Under the pieces are notes generated by a model. It was not told the origin of the DNA, searched no databases, and saw nothing but the letters and a program-made list of their open reading frames with translations. 64,000 nt of DNA from an uncultured Planctomycetota bacterium. Lineage in GTDB: Bacteria; Planctomycetota; Planctomycetia; Isosphaerales; Isosphaeraceae. Shown here in pieces: positions 57,788 to 64,000 of the stretch. Numbering within the stretch: the first letter of the stretch is position 1; the number at the start of each line of letters is the position of its first letter. Both the position numbers and the translations under genes were made by a program. The stretch lies in the NCBI GenBank assembly GCA_963823665.1, contig CAWGMQ010000005.1, positions 1,728,001 to 1,792,000 of the forward strand. The letters run 5' to 3'.

Positions 57788-60700
57788 ATGCTCCCTCAGG
57801 AGAAGCGGTCGATGCGCCAGCGAGATCACTGGTTGCTCGGGTCCCCTGCCCAGCGTTCGAATCACGAGTGGTCGAAGTTCAAGCGTGCAACTGTGGCGGC
57901 GTTATGTGTGATCGCGGCGCTTTCGGCCTCGGCGGCCACGGCGTTTGCCGGCGACAAGATCACGCTGCAGTACAACCGCGACGTCAGGCCGATCCTGGCC
58001 GAGAATTGCTTCCCGTGCCACGGGCCCGACAGTGCTGCGCGAAAGGGCGACCTTCGGCTCGACCAGCGTGACGCGGCAGTCAAAGCCGGCGCCATCGTCC
58101 CGGGCGACATCGAGTCGAGCGAGCTGATCGCGAGGATCACCGCCGCCGATCCCAAGGAGGTGATGCCCCCGCCGTCGACCACGAAGACATTGAGCCAGCA
58201 GCAAAAAGATGTGCTCAAGCAGTGGATTGGCGAGGGTGCGAACTATCAACTCCACTGGTCGTTCATCCCGCCGACGCGAGCCGAGTTGCCCAAGGTCAAG
58301 AATCGAGCGTGGGTGCGTAATCCGATCGATGGTTTCGTGCTGGCCAAGCTCGAGGAGAACGGACTGAGCCCCGCGCCGGAGGCCGATCGCCGCTCGCTTG
58401 CCCGGCGTTTGACACTCGACCTGACCGGGCTTTCCCCTGAGCCGGCCGACGTCTGAGGCGTTCGTTCGGGATCGCTCACCCGATGCCTATGAGAACCTGG
58501 TCTCGCGCTTGCTGGCCTCGCCGCGCTGGGGCGAGCACCGGGCGCGCTACTGGCTGGACGCAGCCCGCTATGCGGATACCAATGGCTTTCACTTCGACAA
58601 TTTCCGCGAAGCGTGGGCTTATCGCGACTGGCTGATCGGCGCGTATAACCGCAACCTTCCCTACGATCGCTTCACCGTCGAACAACTGGCTGGCGACCTT
58701 CTTCCCGGCAGCACGCTCGAACAGCAAGTGGCGTCGGGATTCAACCGATGCAACATGACCACCAATGAAGGCGGGTCGATCCCCGAGGAATATCAGGTTC
58801 TCTACACTCGTGACCGCACCGAAGCGGTCTCACAAGTGTGGCTCGGGCTGACCACAGGCTGCGCAGTCTGCCACGACCACAAGTTCGACCCGATCACCCA
58901 GCGCGAGTTTTACGAGCTATCGGCGTTCTTCAACAACACGACACAGCCGATTATGGACGGCAACATCAAGGATACGCCGCCGACGGTGCTGGTTCCGAGC
59001 GCGGCCGACAAGGCGCGGTGGCAAAGCCCTGCCAGGCGAGCTCGCGGAACTGCGAAAACAGCTTGATGCACGCAAGACGAGTGCGGTTGACGACTTCACC
59101 AAGTGGCTCTCGGCGACGGATTCGAATTCGTTGAATGCGATGACCCCCTCGGGCGGTGTCAAGCTGGCGGCCGTCGAATCGTCGGCACCGCTGACAGTCC
59201 GCCCCGATAAAGTAACCGAGTTCGCCGATGCAGGAGATTTTGAGAGAGATCACGCGTTCTCATTCGGAGCCTGGGTCAAGCTGCCCGCCGCCAATGTGAT
59301 CGGGTCGATCCTTGCCCGGATGGACGATCGCAACAATTATCGAGGCTGGGACCTCTGGGCCGAAAACGGGCGCATCGCGAGTCATCTCGTGAACCAGTGG
59401 CCGGCGAACGCACTCAAGGTCGTGACGAAGAGTCAGGTGCAGCCGGGCGTATGGACTCACGTGTTCGTTACCTATGACGGCTCGAGCCGGGCTTCCGGAA
59501 TGAAGATTTACTTGAATGGAGAACCGCAATCGACTGACACCCAAGCGGATAGTCTGTCGCAATCGATTCGCACATCTGTCCCGCTCAAACTGGGGCAGCG
59601 GCACACCACGGCGCGGGTTGACCAGACTGTGATGCATACCGTTCGGCTCTACGATCGGGGGCTCTCTCCAAGCGAGACAGGCATTCTCGCCGGGGCGGCG
59701 CGAGCTGCTGAGCTGCTGATCGCGCCCGCCGACAAGCGGGCAAATGAGGAGCGTGCCGCGGTCTTCGCCTGGTGGCGCGGCGCGATCGATCCGGCGACGC
59801 ACTCGCTGCGCGAACGATTAGTCCGTCTTGAAAAGGAAGAAGCCGGAATCAGACAGCGAAGCACGGTTGCACACGTCATGCACGAGCGGGGCGAGCCGGC
59901 CATGGCTCACTTGCTTTTCCGGGGTGAGTACGACAAGCGCCGCGATCCGGTGAAACCGGATACTCCCGACGTACTTCCCGGCATGCCGCCCGAGCTTCCG
60001 CGGAACCGGCTTGGCCTGGCGCAATGGCTGGTCAGAAGCGATCAGCCCCTCACCGCTCGTGTTGAAGTGAACCGGCTCTGGCAAGAGATCTTCGGCACCG
60101 GACTCGTGCGGACGACGGGCGATTTCGGGGTCAGCGGCGAGTTGCCGACTCATCCCGAGCTGCTCGACTACCTGGCGCTTGAGTTTCAGGCGTCGGGCTG
60201 GGACCTGAAACGTTTGGTGCGGCTCATCGTCGACTCAGCGACATATCGCCAGTCGGCCGCCGTCACCGACGTGAAACGCGAGAAAGATCCGCACAATCGT
60301 CTGCTCTCGCGCGGGCCACGGTTTCGCATGGATGCCGAAATGATTCGCGACGTGGCTCTTTCCTCGAGTGGAACGCTCGTCGCGAAGCTTGGGGGACCGA
60401 GCGTCAGGCCTTATCAGCCCGAGGGAGTCTGGGAAGCGGTCGCCATGCCGGAGAGCAACACCCATTTCTATCGCCCCGATCACGGCGACCAACTTTATCG
60501 TCGCGGTCTCTATACGCTATGGAAGCGGAGCGCGCCTCCCGCCTCGCTTGACATTTTCAATGCACCATCCCGCGAGGTTTGTACTGTGCGACGCGAGCGG
60601 ACCAACACGCCGCTTCAGGCGCTGGTCACGCTGAATGATCCGCAGTATGTCGAAGCAGCGCGGGAACTCGCCCAGTCGGCGCTCGAGCGCGGGGGCGAGA

Positions 60701-60951
60701 CTGCCGATCTGCGCATCGATTATCTCTCGAGGCGATTGCTGGCGCGCCCGTTCCGGTTCGAGGAGCTGGCCGTGATCAGGGTGTCGCTCGAGAAGTTGAG
60801 CGCCTACTATCAGTCGAACCCCGACGAAGCCGTGCGGTTGATCTCGGTCGGCGAATCGAAGGCGGACCCGGCAGTGGCCCCCGCGACGCTTGCAGCCTGG
60901 ACCATGCTTGCGAATGAGCTCATGAATCTTGATGAGTTTTTGAATAAATAA
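57788..60951 (+). CDS. PSCyt1 + DUF1549 + LamG-like + DUF1553 protein; frameshifts at about 58454 and 59029
   Basis: YNRDVRPIL..CFPCHG; GEHRARYWLDAARYADT; GCAVCHDHKFDPI; LamG-like FSFGAWV..WTHVFVTYDGS..IYLNG; RTNTPLQAL; NLDEFLNK; three ORFs join after removing single bases. Confidence 0.85.
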
Positions 60952-60955
60952 ATCT

Positions 60956-61024
60956 GTCAGTGGTCAGTTGCTGGTGAAAGGACGAAAAAGTGGGCGCGAA
61001 TTTAAGAGACAACGGACAACCGAC
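60956..61024. repeat. Imperfect heptamer-based inverted repeat in the PSD1-DUF1501 intergenic region
   Basis: GTCAGTGGTCAGTTG (60956-70) vs CAACGGACAACCGAC (61010-24), ending 1 nt before ATG 61026. Confidence 0.5.
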
Positions 61025-61025
61025 G

Positions 61026-62528
61026 ATGGACCAGCTCAAACAGTATGTGCGATACGAGACGCGGCGGCAGTTCTTGAGCCGCGGATCGAACGCGGTGAGC
61101 TGGGCGGCGCTCGCGGCACTTATAGGGCGGGACGGCCTGGCGGCGTCTGCCTTCGCCGGCGATGACGCTTCACGGGCCAAAGAGAAGGGCACGCCAACGC
61201 GTGAGAATGGACTCGCGGGCCGGTTGCCGTTTGCGCCCAAGGCAAAGCAGGTGATCTATCTGCACATGGTTGGCGGGCCGCCGCAGATGGACATGTATGA
61301 TTACAAGCCCGTCATGAACCAGTGGTTTGATAAAGACCTGCCGGACTCGGTGCGCATGGGTCAGCGACTCACAACCATGACTTCGGGGCAGAAGCGATTT
61401 CCGATTGCCCCGTCGAAGTACAAGTTTGCCCGCCATGGGCAGAGCGGCATGTGGGTTTGCGAGCTTCTTCCGTATACCTCGAAGATGGTCGACGAGATGT
61501 GCTTCATCCGCAGCATGCACACCGAGGCCATCAATCACGAGCCGGCCATCACGTACATGCAGACGGGCAACCAGGTCACGGGACGGCCGTGCCTTGGCTC
61601 ATGGGTTTCGTATGGTTTGGGATCGCTCAACGACAACTTGCCGACCTTCGTCGTGCTGGTCGCCCGCCCGACGAATACCGAGCAGTTGCAGGCCATATCC
61701 GCCCGGCTCTGGTCGTCGGGCTACCTTTCGGGCGAGCACGCAGGGGTGTCGTTCCGGAGCGGCGGCGACCCGATTTTGTACATCAACAACCCGGCGGGCG
61801 TTCCGCCGCATGTGCGCCGCGATACACTCGACGGACTCAAGGCGCTGAACGAGATGAATTTCAAGCTGGTCGGGGATCCCGAGACGCATACTCGCATCGA
61901 GCAATACGAGCTGGCGTTCCGGATGCAAGCCAGCGTCCCTGAGCTCACGAGCGTCTCGAGCGAGCCGGCTTCCACCTATGCTCTTTACGGCGAGGAGGCT
62001 CGAAAGCCTGGGACGTTTGCTCACAGCGCACTATTGGCCCGACGGATGATCGAGCGCGGCGTGCGGTTCGTCCAGATCTACCACAACAACTGGGACACGC
62101 ACTTCAACGTCGGCGGCCGGCTGCCGAGCCAGTGCCGTGATGTCGACCAGCCGTGCTGGGGATTGATCCGCGACTTGAAGGCACGCGGACTTCTCGACGA
62201 AACGCTGGTGATCTGGGGAGGCGAATTCGGCCGAACAATCTATTCGCAGGGCGGGCTGAGCCATGACAATTACGGCCGTGATCACCATCCCAGGTGCTTC
62301 ACCATGTGGATGGCCGGGGGCGGTTCGCGGCCTGGGGCCATCTACGGTGAAACCGACGATTTTTCGTACAACATCGTCAAGGACCCCGTGCATATCCACG
62401 ACTTTCACGCCACCGTGCTCAGGCTGATGGGCTTCGATCATCAACGATTCACGTTCCGGTATCAGGGGCTCGACCAGCGATTGACCGGCGTGGAACCGGC
62501 GCGGGTTATCAAAGAGTTGATCGCATGA
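61026..62528 (+). CDS. DUF1501 domain protein (Tat-like RRQFL signal)
   Basis: TRRQFLS, APKAKQVIYLHMVGGPPQMD, GSWVSYGLGS, ARRMIERGVRFVQ, WGGEFGRT, GRDHHP. Confidence 0.92.
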   Translation: MDQLKQYVRYETRRQFLSRGSNAVSWAALAALIGRDGLAASAFAGDDASRAKEKGTPTRENGLAGRLPFAPKAKQVIYLHMVGGPPQMDMYDYKPVMNQWFDKDLPDSVRMGQRLTTMTSGQKRFPIAPSKYKFARHGQSGMWVCELLPYTSKMVDEMCFIRSMHTEAINHEPAITYMQTGNQVTGRPCLGSWVSYGLGSLNDNLPTFVVLVARPTNTEQLQAISARLWSSGYLSGEHAGVSFRSGGDPILYINNPAGVPPHVRRDTLDGLKALNEMNFKLVGDPETHTRIEQYELAFRMQASVPELTSVSSEPASTYALYGEEARKPGTFAHSALLARRMIERGVRFVQIYHNNWDTHFNVGGRLPSQCRDVDQPCWGLIRDLKARGLLDETLVIWGGEFGRTIYSQGGLSHDNYGRDHHPRCFTMWMAGGGSRPGAIYGETDDFSYNIVKDPVHIHDFHATVLRLMGFDHQRFTFRYQGLDQRLTGVEPARVIKELIA

Positions 62529-63641
62529 ACGGCGTGGCTGGTCGCGAGATTCGAGGGGGAATCGTCAGGGAGAAGGCTGACCTACTTCGGAGGTTTGGCT
62601 GGGCGGTCGTGATGATCATCGGCGGCCTGGGCGTGTGGGAATTGTCAGGGGCAACCGCCGCAGAGCCATCACGGGAAACGGTGGCGCTGATTTTCGATAC
62701 GGACATCTGTGGCGATTGCGACGATGTGCTCGCGCTGGGCATGATTCACGCGCTCGAATCTCGCGGCGCCTGCAAACTAATTGCCGTGACGATCAGCGTC
62801 GATCACGAGCTGGCTGCTCCGTTCGTTGATGCGGTCAACACGTTTTACGGGCGCGGAGACATTCCAATCGGGGTCGTGGGCAAAGGCGGCGTGGTCGAGA
62901 AGAGCCGATATCTGGCACTGGTCGATGAGAAAGACGGCGATCGGTTCCGCTACCCTCACGATTTGCTTTCGGGTCGCGCGGCTCCGAGTGCGACGGCTGT
63001 ACTGCGCAAGGCCCTGGCGGCGCAGCCCGATCAGTCTGTTGTGATCGCGCAGGTCGGGTTTTCGACCAATCTTGCCCGGCTACTCGATTCTCCACCGGAC
63101 GAACATTCGGCGCTTTCGGGCCAGGCGCTCGTTGAAAAAAAGGTGAAGCTGCTGTCGGTCATGGCCGGGGCGTTTCAAACCATCGAGGGCAAAACGCCGC
63201 TATCTGGAATACAACGTTGCGAAGGATGTGCCGAGTGCGCGAGTTCTGGCCGAGCGCTGGCCGACGGCCTTGGTTTATAGCGGCTTCGAGATCGGCATCG
63301 CCTTGCCTTACCCTGCAATCAGCATCGAGCGTGACTACGGCTACCTTCCTCATCATCCGCTGGCGGAAGCCTACATCCGCTACATTCCGCCGCCGCACAA
63401 CCGACCGACGTGGGACTTGACCAGTGTGCTCTACGCCGTGCTCGGCGACCGCGGATACTTCGACCTTTCACCTTCAGGCAAGGTGACGGTGGAAGCTGAT
63501 GGTTTCACCCGGTTCGCGCAGTCACAAGAAGGAAGCCACCGTTACCTGGTCTTGCGGCCCGACCAGAAACCGCGTGTGCTCGAAGCCCTGGTGCAGCTCT
63601 CAAGTCAACCGCCGCAGACGATTGAAAGCAAGAAAAAATGA
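62525..63641 (+). CDS. Secreted nucleoside hydrolase-family protein; frameshift at about 63193
   Basis: IFDTDICGDCDDVLAL, DIPIG, VGFSTNLA, VMAG; second frame EYNV..SGFEIG..RPTWDLTSVL; one extra A in the AAAA run at about 63191-94. Confidence 0.82.
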
Positions 63642-64000
63642 CTCGGACCTGGCCTCGATGCTCGGGCTCACGTCGAGCGGTGTTCGCTCGTGCGTCTTGT
63701 ATCGCCGCGCTTCTCGTGCTAACCGGCTGCCGGGGAGATTCACCTGCGCCAAGTGTGCCGTCAGGGAGACCGAGGATCGCGCTCATCATGAAATCGCTGT
63801 CCAACGAGTTCTTCGCCACGATGGCCGAAGGCGCGAGGCGGTACGAGCGCGAGCACGCAGGTGACTTCGAGTTGATCGTCAACGGCATCAAGGACGAGCG
63901 TGACTTGAGCCGGCAGGTCGGCTTGGTCGATGAGATGATTGGTCAAGGTGTGAACGCGATCGTGATCGCACCGGCTGATTCCAAGGCGCTCGTTTCGGCA
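63638..64000 (+). CDS. Sugar ABC transporter substrate-binding lipoprotein (RbsB-like), truncated by window end
   Basis: Manual translation MTRTW..AALLVLTGC (lipobox)..IALIMKSLSNEFFATMAEGA..QVGLVDEMIGQGVNAIVIAPADSKAL; ATGA overlap with the nucleoside hydrolase. Confidence 0.88.
   Translation, partial: MTRTWPRCSGSRRAVFARASCIAALLVLTGCRGDSPAPSVPSGRPRIALIMKSLSNEFFATMAEGARRYEREHAGDFELIVNGIKDERDLSRQVGLVDEMIGQGVNAIVIAPADSKALVSA

Noticed and set aside
1..64000. tRNA, rRNA, transposase, integrase or prophage genes
   Set aside because: No diagnostic motifs were recognised by eye; tRNAscan-SE and profile searches would be needed to exclude them fully.

Overview
GC-rich bacterial chromosomal window, almost certainly Planctomycetota (Isosphaeraceae-like). 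The evidence is two PSCyt/PSD1 + DUF1501 pairs, a DUF1559 prepilin-like gene, DUF4058, a planctomycete extracellular LExRxLL motif, ECF sigma factors with long C-terminal extensions and TPR Ser/Thr kinases. About 37 protein genes are recognisable. They include a 2-oxoacid-dehydrogenase-like operon (Nramp-like transporter, fused E1, E2, atypical SDR), ECF sigma factors fused to TlpA-like thioredoxins, a MazF-type TA module with an HD hydrolase, nadE, M1/M32/S41/aspartyl peptidases, two di-heme cytochromes, a Tse2-like ADP-ribosyltransferase-fold gene with a helical partner, and a nucleoside hydrolase plus sugar-binding protein. I saw no rRNA, tRNA, CRISPR array or transposase. Nine apparent single-base frameshifts in eight genes look like long-read assembly errors. 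The most striking unexplained structure is non-coding: about 850 nt upstream of a PEP-CTERM gene (about 38900-39760) can be tiled by eye with nested stem-loop domains, suggesting a large structured RNA, and the same gene has a 3' UTR with three evenly sized hairpins and a terminator. A shared candidate promoter motif precedes the three extended ECF genes. All family assignments come from motif recognition by eye; no database searches were run.
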